Shown piece by piece: positions 1-9,443 of a stretch of 64,000 nt of DNA. The stretch spans positions 43,453-107,452 of IMG/VR virus record IMGVR_UViG_3300042348_001111. One strand, written 5' to 3'. Source of the stretch: a virus (lineage: Duplodnaviria; Heunggongvirae; Uroviricota; Caudoviricetes). The position numbers and the translations under genes were made by a program. Numbering within the stretch: the stretch's first letter is position 1; every line of letters starts with the position of its first letter. The notes beneath the pieces were generated by a model that was given only the letters and a program-made list of their open reading frames with translations, was not told the origin of the DNA and ran no database searches.

Positions 1-1
1 A

Positions 2-403
2 GTACTCATCCAGTGGTTTTTCATCATCAAAAGGAACCAGGACACCATCTTCAAAAAGTTTAGAAAATGTTTCTACCAGTCCGCTTTTGTCAATCTTTTT
101 TCGACCAGGTTTCTGTTTTGAACCAGGAACCTCATCGTCATCTTCTAGATCTGCATCTAACTCTGCAATAGCCGCTTGAGTTGTTGCTGCACTAGGTGTT
201 TTTTCTTTACCATCTTCGTTTCCATCACCTTCTTCTTCAAGAAAATTAAGATCTGCTGGAATATCTTTGGTAAAGAATCTTGGTTTTAAACTTTCGTCAT
301 TATCTGCTGTCACAACGCTTTCAGCCCCAGGCATTGGTAAAAAATCATCAAGGCTTTCAAGACTTACGCTGGATACAGATGTTTGTTGGTTGTTACTGTC
401 CAT
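2..403 (-). CDS. Partial CDS (N-terminal 134 aa, runs off the window start); acidic hypothetical protein, possibly a head scaffold or morphogenesis protein
   Basis: ATG at 403-401 on the minus strand with an open frame to position 2. The product is strongly acidic (D/E-rich). It sits immediately downstream of the portal gene on the same strand. Confidence 0.45.
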   Translation of the reverse strand, partial: MDSNNQQTSVSSVSLESLDDFLPMPGAESVVTADNDESLKPRFFTKDIPADLNFLEEEGDGNEDGKEKTPSAATTQAAIAELDADLEDDDEVPGSKQKPGRKKIDKSGLVETFSKLFEDGVLVPFDDEKPLDEY

Positions 404-522
404 AAATAGGTTTAAGTTGGTTGTTTTTGTTCTTCATATATAATCTACCGAATAAACCTCTAAGATTTACACCTAGTAGATGTATGATAAAAAATATTTT
501 ACACTATAATGCTATAGTACTT

Positions 523-3249
523 TTATTTTTTGTCATATTTGTTTTTGTTGGTTTGCGCAACTTGTAATTGTTTATCAGCAATGCGCTCTTTAGAAAGCAA
601 TTCTTGACGTTTGAGTTCTATCTTTTTCTGTTCTGTAATAGTCCGATTTAACTCACGATCTCTTGCAATAGACTGATCAGCTTCTTTTGCATTTTTCTTG
701 TCAAGATACTCTAAAGTGTCAATGTAGTCATTTTGCTGATTCATGTCACGATCGTTCATTGCTGTGTAACCGGCAGCTCTGATCTCAGCAACGCGCTCTT
801 GACTTTCACGATTCAATGCATTTTGCTCTGCTTCAAAACGCAACTTAGCTTCAAGACGCTCTGTTTCAGCTTGTTGACGCATTTGTTCTGTTTGCTGCAA
901 GGCTTCAGTTTCCTGGGTCTTAGCTTTGGTAGTTTTTTCTTCAATGCCTTTCATGACATGCGTAATCTCTGCCATTGAGTCTGCTTTGACAATGTTACCA
1001 AGATCATAAATAGAAGCACCGGATGTGTTGTTGTTAATTGCCAAAGAACGAATCTGTTCCATAATTTGGCGTTGATTAACCTTTGTAGAAATAAAGATAT
1101 TCAGATCACGCGCCAATAATTCAGTACCATTCATCTCAAAGTTTACTTTTTCATCCATAGATGTTACGTATTGCAAACGTAAAGAGGGACGATTAGAATG
1201 GTAGTATTGAGAAAGATCTGTACGCATCTGATGCACACGCGGCATCAAATACTCTGAATGTTGAGTAAAGTAAGTTTCTGTTTGAGAGTAACTCATATTG
1301 ATAGCCTGCTCAATACCCTGTGCAGTTTCTTGAGCATTTACAGCACCTAAACGCTGTGGTGATATACCAATAGACTCAAAACACTGATTCTTAAAATAGT
1401 TGGCAAGTTGAATGCGACTCAAAAGACGATTTGTTTGCTCAAGATTCAATACTTGATAATGCTGAAAGTTTAATGCATTTTCTGTATTGGTAATAGATGT
1501 ATCCAAGGGCAACATCTGAAAGTTCTTCATAGCCACATACGCCTTACCGTAGTTGTTTTTGCCCCAATCCTCCCCCATTGAGTGACGTGGCAGAGCATTC
1601 TGATCCAGCATGATTACTGTACCCAACTCGTCAATCAGAATGTCAGCAATCTGGTTATTAACCAGGTTGTAACCAATCTGATATGGTTTCGTCTTGTCTA
1701 CCAAAGACATGGACTTTGTATTGCGTTCTGTAAATACAGCACCTTCTACCGGCAACTTACAACCATACAAGGTAAAATCACCCTTAAACTGAAAACGTAA
1801 AGGCTTTACATTCAGATAAAGTGGTTGAAATCCAAAAGTGTCATTATTGCCAAAGAATGCAGGTCTATTGGGACCAATCTTAGTACCTCCCCAAACCTCA
1901 TTAATCCATATCCATTCAATATGTTCGCCATATACAAGATTTTCTTTACTTTTTCTTTTAAGTACTGAAGTATCATGAAGAGGTTTGTTTGTGATTTTAT
2001 AATTTTCATCTACAATCATTTCAATCATCTCCCCATCCTCCTTAATTTTTGTCAGATAACCGACCATGCGTTGGCTCTTCCAGTAGCAAGTAGTAACCCT
2101 GAGAAGACTGATATCTTGAAAATCCTGAATACTTTCAGATTCGTTGACAATCTTCATGATGATATCATCACCTGTATTCATAAATACATCACGTGCACTT
2201 AAAAACTGACGCATACCCAAAGAAGGACCCTGGGTATTCCATTCGTGTGAACGCGTAGCATCATAGAAAGAACCGTCATTCTGCAATCCTGGTATCAGAT
2301 AACCTGCTGAATGCACTGGATAAATAGCTTCCAATGAAGCAAGTTGATCATCTGTCATCATGTATCCGTACTTGTCAATGACATCTGAAATCGTCATAAG
2401 ATCCACGCGACCTACCCAGTTAGACTGAGAAATATATCTTGCTTCAGGAGATTTATGATAAAAGGTTAGTACAGGATTCCAAAGCTCTACATCATAATCG
2501 TCCTCATTCATCTTAAAGTGCCAAAATTCCCTGTCAGAAATGAGCATGTCACGAAATGCAATATTTTCCAACTCTTTAATTGCAAAACGCTCCTCATCAA
2601 CATGATGCTGGTGATTAGCCCACTCTTCAACCATAGATCGGTAGTTCTTGCGAAAGAACCCTTCAATTTCTGGCAAACTCTTAAGACTTTCAGGTGCCAT
2701 CATTTCTTGAGCTTGAGCAGCTTGCTCTTCATCCTCAAGATTCAGACCCATTGACTCAATGGTGGCCATCATTTTTTTCTCTGCTTCAGCGACCAATACC
2801 TGTTCTATCATTACTCTTTTTGCTTCCATCATCTCATTATAAGAGATGTCATCTACAGAACGATAGGTTATTTTGTCGTTACGCTTAGCAAACTCCCCAC
2901 ACATTACGTTAATGATGTTGGGTATAATCGGAAAAAACTTCAATTCAAAAGCTGATTCATCCTGCTTAGTCAGAACATCAATCAACTCTGCAACCTCGTT
3001 ATCCTCTTCAATAATGTAGTCTGTTTTGTCAATAATGCCATTTGCAAGCTTATAGTTCTTCAAAAGTTTGCGCGCGTTTCTGCGGATTTGCTTAAGACCC
3101 TGCATTTCCAACCAGTCTATATTCCACGCGCCCCATGCTTCGTCTTTGTCTGTTCTGTTCAAAAACTGCACAGGTTGGGTTAAGGTGCCCATTCTGGTGT
3201 TGTCCACCTTGGCTCCGTTTTTGAGTTGTAATGCGTTAACTATTTTCAT
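523..3249 (-). CDS. Putative portal protein (908 aa) with a charged coiled-coil C-terminus
   Basis: Very large ORF immediately downstream of the terminase-like gene on the same strand. The C-terminal 150 aa are E/K/Q/R-rich coiled coil. Size and position fit the large portals of crAss-like and flavobacterial phages. Confidence 0.5.
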   Translation of the reverse strand: MKIVNALQLKNGAKVDNTRMGTLTQPVQFLNRTDKDEAWGAWNIDWLEMQGLKQIRRNARKLLKNYKLANGIIDKTDYIIEEDNEVAELIDVLTKQDESAFELKFFPIIPNIINVMCGEFAKRNDKITYRSVDDISYNEMMEAKRVMIEQVLVAEAEKKMMATIESMGLNLEDEEQAAQAQEMMAPESLKSLPEIEGFFRKNYRSMVEEWANHQHHVDEERFAIKELENIAFRDMLISDREFWHFKMNEDDYDVELWNPVLTFYHKSPEARYISQSNWVGRVDLMTISDVIDKYGYMMTDDQLASLEAIYPVHSAGYLIPGLQNDGSFYDATRSHEWNTQGPSLGMRQFLSARDVFMNTGDDIIMKIVNESESIQDFQDISLLRVTTCYWKSQRMVGYLTKIKEDGEMIEMIVDENYKITNKPLHDTSVLKRKSKENLVYGEHIEWIWINEVWGGTKIGPNRPAFFGNNDTFGFQPLYLNVKPLRFQFKGDFTLYGCKLPVEGAVFTERNTKSMSLVDKTKPYQIGYNLVNNQIADILIDELGTVIMLDQNALPRHSMGEDWGKNNYGKAYVAMKNFQMLPLDTSITNTENALNFQHYQVLNLEQTNRLLSRIQLANYFKNQCFESIGISPQRLGAVNAQETAQGIEQAINMSYSQTETYFTQHSEYLMPRVHQMRTDLSQYYHSNRPSLRLQYVTSMDEKVNFEMNGTELLARDLNIFISTKVNQRQIMEQIRSLAINNNTSGASIYDLGNIVKADSMAEITHVMKGIEEKTTKAKTQETEALQQTEQMRQQAETERLEAKLRFEAEQNALNRESQERVAEIRAAGYTAMNDRDMNQQNDYIDTLEYLDKKNAKEADQSIARDRELNRTITEQKKIELKRQELLSKERIADKQLQVAQTNKNKYDKK

Positions 3250-3314
3250 TTGTGTTTTTTGTCAAGGCGTATATGTCTGTACACGTAAGGCATCGTTAGT
3301 TCTTAGTGTTAGTG

Positions 3315-5513
3315 TTACCTCATGTTCTTGAAAGGGTTTCTGGGAACTTTGACCATGGTGGAGGAGCTGTTTGCGTTTCCCATGTGCCGGAAAGGGGTCA
3401 CTCTTAATTTACTGATTTTTTTAGAGTTCTCCAAATTGCTGTCTTCATGTTCTACACGCTTGGAATAGCCCCTGTTAGACTCCTGCACCTTGGCAAAAGC
3501 TACCAGGGCACAGAACGCTACCAGTCTGTCCACGTTCAGTCCATCTCTGTAAGCAGCCATTTCCTTTAGGAGCATGATGTCAGGGATGCGCTCAATGCCA
3601 TAAGTTGTCCTGACTATTTCTCCATCAGGTTTCGTTTCAACATCCAACTGTTCTTCCAGGAACTGAATGGCGTAGGAAATAAGGTTGGTTTTAAAAATCG
3701 TTCCCACATTGCGCCAGCCATATTCCTGGAAGACATTGGTGTTACTTTGAAGCTCTTTGAGAAAGAGAATCTGATTCTTTGGCACTAAATAACGTTGTTT
3801 ACGCTTAGAAATCATATACTGAATAAACAAACTAACGTTGTTTTCTACAACCGTCCACGCGTTGTAATACTCAATAAGCATTTCTAAACGCTCATGGGTT
3901 TTATTAAGGTCATCAAAACGACCGCACCAAGTAGCAACTATTCCGTCACGTTCAATGTGCTGTTCAATGGTACTATCCATCTTGTGCTTGGTGATTTCTT
4001 GTGCAGTCTTATAGACATAGATAGAACATAATGACTCAGAAGTTGTGGTTTTACCTTCTGATACAGGGTCAATAGACGCATAATACATGCCAAATGTTGG
4101 ATCCTTCACAGGACGCTCGTACACTATAATGACACCTTCTTTATCAACTGTTTTTGGAGATATAGGAAATTCTGAAATAGGTAACTTGCGAGATTCTTTT
4201 GTGTTGATTTTCCCGTTGTCATCTCTATACAACTCTACAAACTCCCTGTGGTAATCACCATCTTCAATGCGTCTAATCTGTTTACTGACAAGTGCCAATG
4301 GAAACTTGGATACTTTGCGATATGCAAAAGCCTCCTCAATGTTAATTGGTTTCTGAGAAATTCTTAATTGATAATCCTCAGGTTTGAGTTTCTTTTTCCA
4401 ATCCAGTCTTTCAGCAAGAATCATCTCCAAAGCTTTTTCTACCTGGGAGTTTCCATACTCATCAATGCAAGGCTGCATGCTCCACTGCTCAGGGATAAAC
4501 AACCCACACTTGGCGATTTCACCGGATTCATTAACCAGGTTAGTATCTACTGCCAATACATCTTTAGAGTCTGGGTTTAAGATCAATTCTTTTAGAGGTT
4601 CACACTGCTCTAAGTCACCCACGGAACCTGCTGCAACAAACATACCTGTATAGATCATACCTGATTTCATCGCAGGTAGCAAATACTCTAAAGTCTCATT
4701 CATGCGTGGAGCAATACCTGCCTCTTCATGAAAGAATAAAGTACAGGGACCACCAACACCATTATTGGGATCTTTCTCTAAAGCAAGACCAAAGATTACT
4801 GATTTCAGACCCACATCACGCTTTTTACCCCCTTGGTTCACCTCAATTTTTTGTTCCCAGTTAAGTATCTTATCAGGGTTAGAAGGACGATACCAACCGG
4901 TGTGGCTGTTCAAGAAGTTGCGGTACTCTTCCAAAAACCTCCAGGTTCCTTTCTCGTTAATATAGTCTTTTAGAGAACCTGCCATCTTGCTAACAGCACC
5001 TTCTTCAAACCAGTACAGATTGATGATCTTGGCAGCATGAAAGTAAGAAGAGGCGATCTGTCTTTTCTTTAAGATTCCACAATGTTTGTAACTGTGCTTG
5101 GCAATGTCTTCATATAGGGCCATGTGGTACTGCGCGTCACGCACGTCAGCAAATGTGAACTTGCCCACCTCTTTGTTGTAGATAGGCAGAAAGTTCAGCC
5201 ACATGTAGTAATCCCTGGTTAGATACCAGGTACTACGAAGTCCTTGGATAATTACCCCATTGCGGCAGCGTTCCTTCTGGGTATCCCAGTAGTAGATGAA
5301 GTCTTTGCTGCGATTAGGCGCTGTGCAGTATACTTTATACTTGTTAAACAGCGTTGCCTGCTCGTTAAACTTTTCACAACTCTTGTCAAAGTTGTACTGA
5401 CCGGGTTCTTTTAACATGCTCCACAAAAACTCTACAAACGCTTCCCTGGACGCAAACTCAGTATGCGACCAGGTGTCTGTAGCAGTAGTGTATGTAGGAA
5501 CCTTAATGTACAT
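3315..5513 (-). CDS. Putative terminase large subunit (732 aa)
   Basis: Large ORF directly upstream of the portal candidate. It has Walker-B-like CTLFFHEEAG and an RNaseH-like nuclease motif (GMYYASIDPVSEG...CSIYVY). No canonical Walker A was found. Confidence 0.5.
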   Translation of the reverse strand: MYIKVPTYTTATDTWSHTEFASREAFVEFLWSMLKEPGQYNFDKSCEKFNEQATLFNKYKVYCTAPNRSKDFIYYWDTQKERCRNGVIIQGLRSTWYLTRDYYMWLNFLPIYNKEVGKFTFADVRDAQYHMALYEDIAKHSYKHCGILKKRQIASSYFHAAKIINLYWFEEGAVSKMAGSLKDYINEKGTWRFLEEYRNFLNSHTGWYRPSNPDKILNWEQKIEVNQGGKKRDVGLKSVIFGLALEKDPNNGVGGPCTLFFHEEAGIAPRMNETLEYLLPAMKSGMIYTGMFVAAGSVGDLEQCEPLKELILNPDSKDVLAVDTNLVNESGEIAKCGLFIPEQWSMQPCIDEYGNSQVEKALEMILAERLDWKKKLKPEDYQLRISQKPINIEEAFAYRKVSKFPLALVSKQIRRIEDGDYHREFVELYRDDNGKINTKESRKLPISEFPISPKTVDKEGVIIVYERPVKDPTFGMYYASIDPVSEGKTTTSESLCSIYVYKTAQEITKHKMDSTIEQHIERDGIVATWCGRFDDLNKTHERLEMLIEYYNAWTVVENNVSLFIQYMISKRKQRYLVPKNQILFLKELQSNTNVFQEYGWRNVGTIFKTNLISYAIQFLEEQLDVETKPDGEIVRTTYGIERIPDIMLLKEMAAYRDGLNVDRLVAFCALVAFAKVQESNRGYSKRVEHEDSNLENSKKISKLRVTPFRHMGNANSSSTMVKVPRNPFKNMR

Positions 5514-5767
5514 TATTTGTCAGGAGAAAAACTCATAAGTAATGTAGGATTACCATTGCTTTTAACAAGATGTTTTATGAGAACTTTTATGTTTTTATGT
5601 TTAAAGACAGGATGTGCTGATTTTTCAGCATTAAAATACGCTTTATGATCATCGCGATGATAAGCTGCCCATTGATTAGTAAAATGGTTGTAATGAAACA
5701 CCCATTCATAAAGAGTTTCTTTACTCATAATTGTTTGATTTTTTAGTTTAACTCTGATCGTAAGCAA
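5513..5767 (-). CDS. Hypothetical small protein
   Basis: 84-aa ORF packed between flanking genes on the same strand. Confidence 0.35.
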   Translation of the reverse strand: MLTIRVKLKNQTIMSKETLYEWVFHYNHFTNQWAAYHRDDHKAYFNAEKSAHPVFKHKNIKVLIKHLVKSNGNPTLLMSFSPDK

Positions 5768-6263
5768 TATGTTGCCCCCCTCTTACCTGAGACTTTTGTT
5801 CTTCCATCAAATCCTTGTACGCGCCTTTAAAGGAAATGCGTATCTGTTCAAACTTTGCGGCAGCGTTTACTAAAGAGTTTATGTTACCATCACGCCCATG
5901 TTCAATAGGGGTATTTTCCATGTAGCGTGCTAACCGGTCAAGCATGTGCTTGATTCCCATAAATGCTCTATAGGTAGGAGTTTCATAAAGTTTTTTACAA
6001 AACTCAAGAGCGGCAACAATCAAGTCATCTTCTGTAGAAAACTCAGCACTCAACTGTGAAAATATAAGTTCTTCTTTTTCGTTTTCTGGAACATCAAAAA
6101 AAGGATTAATATCAGGATTTGGACAGGTCATGTAAAACAAGTAAGCGTACACATCCATGTATTCTTCAGGGTAATCTTTCATAATCTGCTTAAGCACATT
6201 AAGTGTAAAACAGTGCTCAGTAGGAACTATCCTGCCGTTTTCAACATCAAACAGTTTTATCAT
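5748..6263 (-). CDS. Hypothetical protein, possible terminase small subunit by position
   Basis: 171-aa ORF upstream of TerL on the same strand. No motif was recognised. Confidence 0.4.
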   Translation of the reverse strand: MIKLFDVENGRIVPTEHCFTLNVLKQIMKDYPEEYMDVYAYLFYMTCPNPDINPFFDVPENEKEELIFSQLSAEFSTEDDLIVAALEFCKKLYETPTYRAFMGIKHMLDRLARYMENTPIEHGRDGNINSLVNAAAKFEQIRISFKGAYKDLMEEQKSQVRGGQHIAYDQS

Positions 6264-6266
6264 GTC

Positions 6267-7109
6267 TTATTTCTTTTTTTGAATTGCTCCAGGGTTTTCT
6301 TTATACCAGGTAAGAATAGCAATCACTTCATCTTTCAAATATGGCAGCTCATACGGAATAATCTCTTTAATAATAAAGTTTCCATCTGCATCCTGTTTTA
6401 AAATAGGATAACCATACTCATCTTTGCTTTCTTCTTCTTCAAACAAAATGTGATGTATAATTAGTTTTCCTGGCTTAAGTTTAGGGTTATGCTTAAGAAT
6501 AATATACATGTAAATAGAAAGCTGCAAATTGTAGTGATTTAAGTTGCAGTCATCAAGATGACTTACTGGTGGAAACATCTTTTGAGAAATTCCTTCCCAG
6601 TTTTTAAAACTTTCTGTTTTGATTTCTTTATTAGTCTTGTAGTCTGTGATGTGAACTTCTCCATTAGCTACTTCTGCTAAATCTATTTGACCACAGATTC
6701 CCGCTGATCTCATATACACCATGTGCTCAGGATAAATTCCTTCTATAAGTTTTTGAGAAGGAGCAACCTTTAAACCATGCTCGTCTTTCATAGATTTAAT
6801 GACCGGCAGTTCTGCATTATACCTGACTATCGTGTTACAACCAAGTATGTCTTTCTCGCGTTGATCATGGTACCAATTACCAAGATTGCAAGCGCGTTCT
6901 GACTCTTTTTTCCAAATTGCTTGGATTTGTTCAGGAGTAAGTCCAAACCATTTGCTTTTCTTGTTTGCAGCACTTTTTTTAGCAATACCCTTACCATCAA
7001 AGGGTTGCTTTAAAATACTAAGCAAAGTGGTTACTGAAATCCATTTGGTTTTATCCTCAGGATCCACAGAGGTGTAAGTGTGAGTAGAAGGTTCAAAATA
7101 TATGCCCAT
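6267..7109 (-). CDS. PD-(D/E)XK (RecB/Cas4/YqaJ-like) nuclease
   Basis: Motifs GQIDL ... EVHITDYKT (D ... D-x-K) are typical of the PD-(D/E)XK fold. Confidence 0.55.
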   Translation of the reverse strand: MGIYFEPSTHTYTSVDPEDKTKWISVTTLLSILKQPFDGKGIAKKSAANKKSKWFGLTPEQIQAIWKKESERACNLGNWYHDQREKDILGCNTIVRYNAELPVIKSMKDEHGLKVAPSQKLIEGIYPEHMVYMRSAGICGQIDLAEVANGEVHITDYKTNKEIKTESFKNWEGISQKMFPPVSHLDDCNLNHYNLQLSIYMYIILKHNPKLKPGKLIIHHILFEEEESKDEYGYPILKQDADGNFIIKEIIPYELPYLKDEVIAILTWYKENPGAIQKKK

Positions 7110-7114
7110 AAGTT

Positions 7115-7423
7115 TTATTGGTTTTCAATGCTTTTCTTTACAGCATCCTCTTCATCTTGACTAAGAATCGCGTCCCAATAACCCTCAGGGCAGGAAGACG
7201 CAAGAGAACGCAGCTTAAACTTTAAAGAACAACCGCACTGAGGGCAACACGGATGAGTGCCTGGAACAATGCAGTTTTTATCTCCTTTTGATTGCATGAA
7301 CGGACAACTTTCACATATCGCCATCCGATGATCATGAATCTCCTCAACGTGTTCTTTTTTAAAAACACTATTAGTGACTCCTTCAAGAATCTTATTACGC
7401 TCCTTCCACAGTTTGATTAGCAT
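7115..7423 (-). CDS. Cys-rich zinc-finger-like small protein
   Basis: CxxC, CCPQCGC and CP pairs within 102 aa. Confidence 0.45.
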   Translation of the reverse strand: MLIKLWKERNKILEGVTNSVFKKEHVEEIHDHRMAICESCPFMQSKGDKNCIVPGTHPCCPQCGCSLKFKLRSLASSCPEGYWDAILSQDEEDAVKKSIENQ

Positions 7424-7790
7424 GGTGTTTTTCTTTTAAGGTTTGTACTTTAAGTTTTCTTTCTTCTTCTTGATTCATCCTTTCTAAAACAGCTTCATAC
7501 TTTTCAATCTCTCTCTTGACATCTTGCTTAATCTCAAAAGCTTTAATAGAAGAAGTCTCATCAAGACCCTCCATAAAGTTTCTGTGACGGTCAATTTTCT
7601 TTTGAACCCTTTTCTTCTTAAGCATAAAAGTCCCTAAATTAGGGACATTTACAGCAATGTTTTCAACACTGCTTAAACGTTTTTGTACATATCTGTAAAA
7701 AAACGCAACAATATCGTCAACCTCCTGGAACTCTCTGCCAAGTTTCTTGGCTGTAAGAAGAGATAACTCTTTACGCTTTATTGGATTCAA
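7395..7790 (-). CDS. Hypothetical protein
   Basis: 131-aa ORF in the operon with its neighbours. Confidence 0.4.
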   Translation of the reverse strand: MNPIKRKELSLLTAKKLGREFQEVDDIVAFFYRYVQKRLSSVENIAVNVPNLGTFMLKKKRVQKKIDRHRNFMEGLDETSSIKAFEIKQDVKREIEKYEAVLERMNQEEERKLKVQTLKEKHHANQTVEGA

Positions 7791-8205
7791 TGGATAAAAA
7801 ATTATAGTCTAAAAGAATGTTTCCTTTGCGATAAATATCAATGGTAGGTGTAATCTGTATCAGCTTCTTGTTGTCTTTGCTCTTTACCACAATCTTACGC
7901 TTTTCAAGTTTGGAAATGCGATTGCGTATGTTTTGTGCACGAACAGAAAACTCCTCAAGCTCTACTGCTCCATAAAGCTTTCTTGCAGCAGCATTACAAA
8001 ACTTACTTAACTCAACCGGTCCCCAAAGAGCAAGCATTGTCAGAATCTCTATGTCTGACGGAATAAGGTGCTCTTTCTTAAAAAAGATCAAATTTGTAAT
8101 GACCTGATATTTAACAAGGTCGTAAGGTGTGACCCTGATTTTTTTTTGAACTTTGTTTACTTCCATGGTTTTTAAAATTAGATACCATACACCCAGGATT
8201 TTCAC
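7771..8205 (-). CDS. Hypothetical protein
   Basis: 144-aa ORF. Confidence 0.4.
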   Translation of the reverse strand: MKILGVWYLILKTMEVNKVQKKIRVTPYDLVKYQVITNLIFFKKEHLIPSDIEILTMLALWGPVELSKFCNAAARKLYGAVELEEFSVRAQNIRNRISKLEKRKIVVKSKDNKKLIQITPTIDIYRKGNILLDYNFLSIESNKA

Positions 8206-8362
8206 CTGAACACTCCTTAGCTTAGCAACACCCTTGCGAGAGTGTGAGCTGCAGTTCCACCATACTGCTAGGATATGCTTTTTTACGCTTACATCAGTGT
8301 CAGGTACAAGTATTTATGTTTTAAGATGTCCAGTTTATTAGTAAAAAAACTGGACATTAGTT

Positions 8363-8434
8363 GCGGGCGCAGGGGTCGAACCTGCCACACATCTATGGTT
8401 ATGAGCCAAGACTGCCACCAAGGCTGCCCGCATG
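8363..8434 (-). tRNA. Degenerate tRNA-like element: good acceptor stem and T-arm, poor D and anticodon arms
   Basis: The reverse complement reads TGCGGGC...GCAGG-TTCGACC-CCTGC-GCCCGCA-A. That gives a 7-bp acceptor stem and a canonical T stem-loop (GGTTCGA). Total length is about 72 nt. No clean anticodon stem could be drawn by eye. Confidence 0.4.
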
Positions 8435-8438
8435 TATA

Positions 8439-8696
8439 TCAAGACTCTCCGATAATCTTTGAGATCTGAACAACAGTTTTTTCTGTACTAAGGGCCATCT
8501 TCTCTACTTCACGTTTTTCGTTTTCTAGTTCAGCAAGTTTTAGTTGCAGATTTTCAATAGCGATAACCTGCTCTTTATGCAGTGCGGTTAGCTCTATGGA
8601 CATCTTGTAAAAAGTGCTTAAGATGTCATGTTTTTTGCGTTCAAGGGTGGCCAAAGCGGAACTGCGTTTGAACAGGTTGATTAAAAATGTAAGCAT
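8439..8696 (-). CDS. Hypothetical coiled-coil protein
   Basis: 85-aa ORF. Confidence 0.35.
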   Translation of the reverse strand: MLTFLINLFKRSSALATLERKKHDILSTFYKMSIELTALHKEQVIAIENLQLKLAELENEKREVEKMALSTEKTVVQISKIIGES

Positions 8697-8730
8697 TGGT
8701 TTTTGGAGGTTTGAGGGTTAAACAAAAAAA

Positions 8731-9021
8731 TTACCATATAATGGCAATGTCGCGCTCTGCAATCATAAGTTTGATGCTGTATTCTAACTGAACTACATCT
8801 GCATGCTGCAAGTATTGGGTAGGAACAAAGACTTTGTCGCCAGGAACTACATGCGTGACCTCATCACCTGTAGCAAAAACTTCCAGCATAGTCCACTTTT
8901 GCATCATTTCACGTTCTAGTTGAGCTTCTGCTTCCGGTGAAAGCTGAATGACAGACTCTGGTTTGTCAGGTTTGTTTAACAAGATCCTGGTTCCAAGTAG
9001 TGTTTTAAAGGGTTTTGACAT
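8731..9021 (-). CDS. GroES/Cpn10-like co-chaperonin (putative)
   Basis: 96 aa. The pattern LGTRILL.K..K.ES.I.L...VPGDKVFVP...Y..........Y.LM.E.DI.AI parallels the GroES/T4 gp31 layout. Confidence 0.4.
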   Translation of the reverse strand: MSKPFKTLLGTRILLNKPDKPESVIQLSPEAEAQLEREMMQKWTMLEVFATGDEVTHVVPGDKVFVPTQYLQHADVVQLEYSIKLMIAERDIAIIW

Positions 9022-9096
9022 TAGATTAAAATTGGTTTAATAAAGATAAAATTTAAAAGATTTAACGCAGTAAAGTTAAACGTCTGCTGTTTGATT

Positions 9097-9339
9097 TTAA
9101 GACACTTCTTCTGAAGGTTGTTTATCCTCCGGCTTGGTCAAAGGAGCTTTAAACTGAGCAATCACAGCCATAGCTTGCAGACGCTTTGCCTCTTGTATTA
9201 CTGTGTTGCTTTGCAGCTTAGTTAGTCTATAGCGAAGCTTTGCCACCGCTATTTGCTCATTGTACCAAGCAGTTAGATCTTCCAATGATGGTTCAGCTTG
9301 CTTTGATGGTTCAACTGGTGTTTGATTTTCGTTTGTCAT
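9097..9339 (-). CDS. Hypothetical protein
   Basis: 80-aa ORF, the first gene of the leftward unit after the divergent promoter. Confidence 0.4.
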   Translation of the reverse strand: MTNENQTPVEPSKQAEPSLEDLTAWYNEQIAVAKLRYRLTKLQSNTVIQEAKRLQAMAVIAQFKAPLTKPEDKQPSEEVS

Positions 9340-9368
9340 AAGGATTGGTTTACATTTAAAAGAGTTTT

Positions 9369-9430
9369 CTCTCTACAAATATACTCCAAAAGTTTAACTT
9401 CTGCAAATTTGTCTTTATATTTGTAGAGAA
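9369..9430. promoter_or_regulatory. Divergent promoter region: perfect 15-bp inverted repeat (TTCTCTACAAATATA / TATATTTGTAGAGAA), each arm carrying a TAnnTTTG -7 box
   Basis: Arms at 9368-9382 and 9416-9430. TATATTTG lies 20 nt upstream of the 9444 ATG. Its reverse complement lies about 37 nt upstream of the 9339 start. Confidence 0.5.
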
Positions 9431-9443
9431 GATATTTTACACA

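Noticed and set aside
733-3331. Several 60-90-aa ORFs antisense to or overlapping the portal gene (733-978, 1582-1800, 1812-2009, 1975-2202, 2518-2754, 2694-2888, 3068-3331)
   Set aside because: They lie entirely inside a long, well-supported ORF on the other strand or frame. They have no start context and their composition is low-complexity. They are shadow ORFs.
8275-8469. 64-aa ORF on the plus strand overlapping the tRNA-like element
   Set aside because: It is opposite in orientation to all the surrounding minus-strand genes, and the tRNA-like helices fully explain the sequence.
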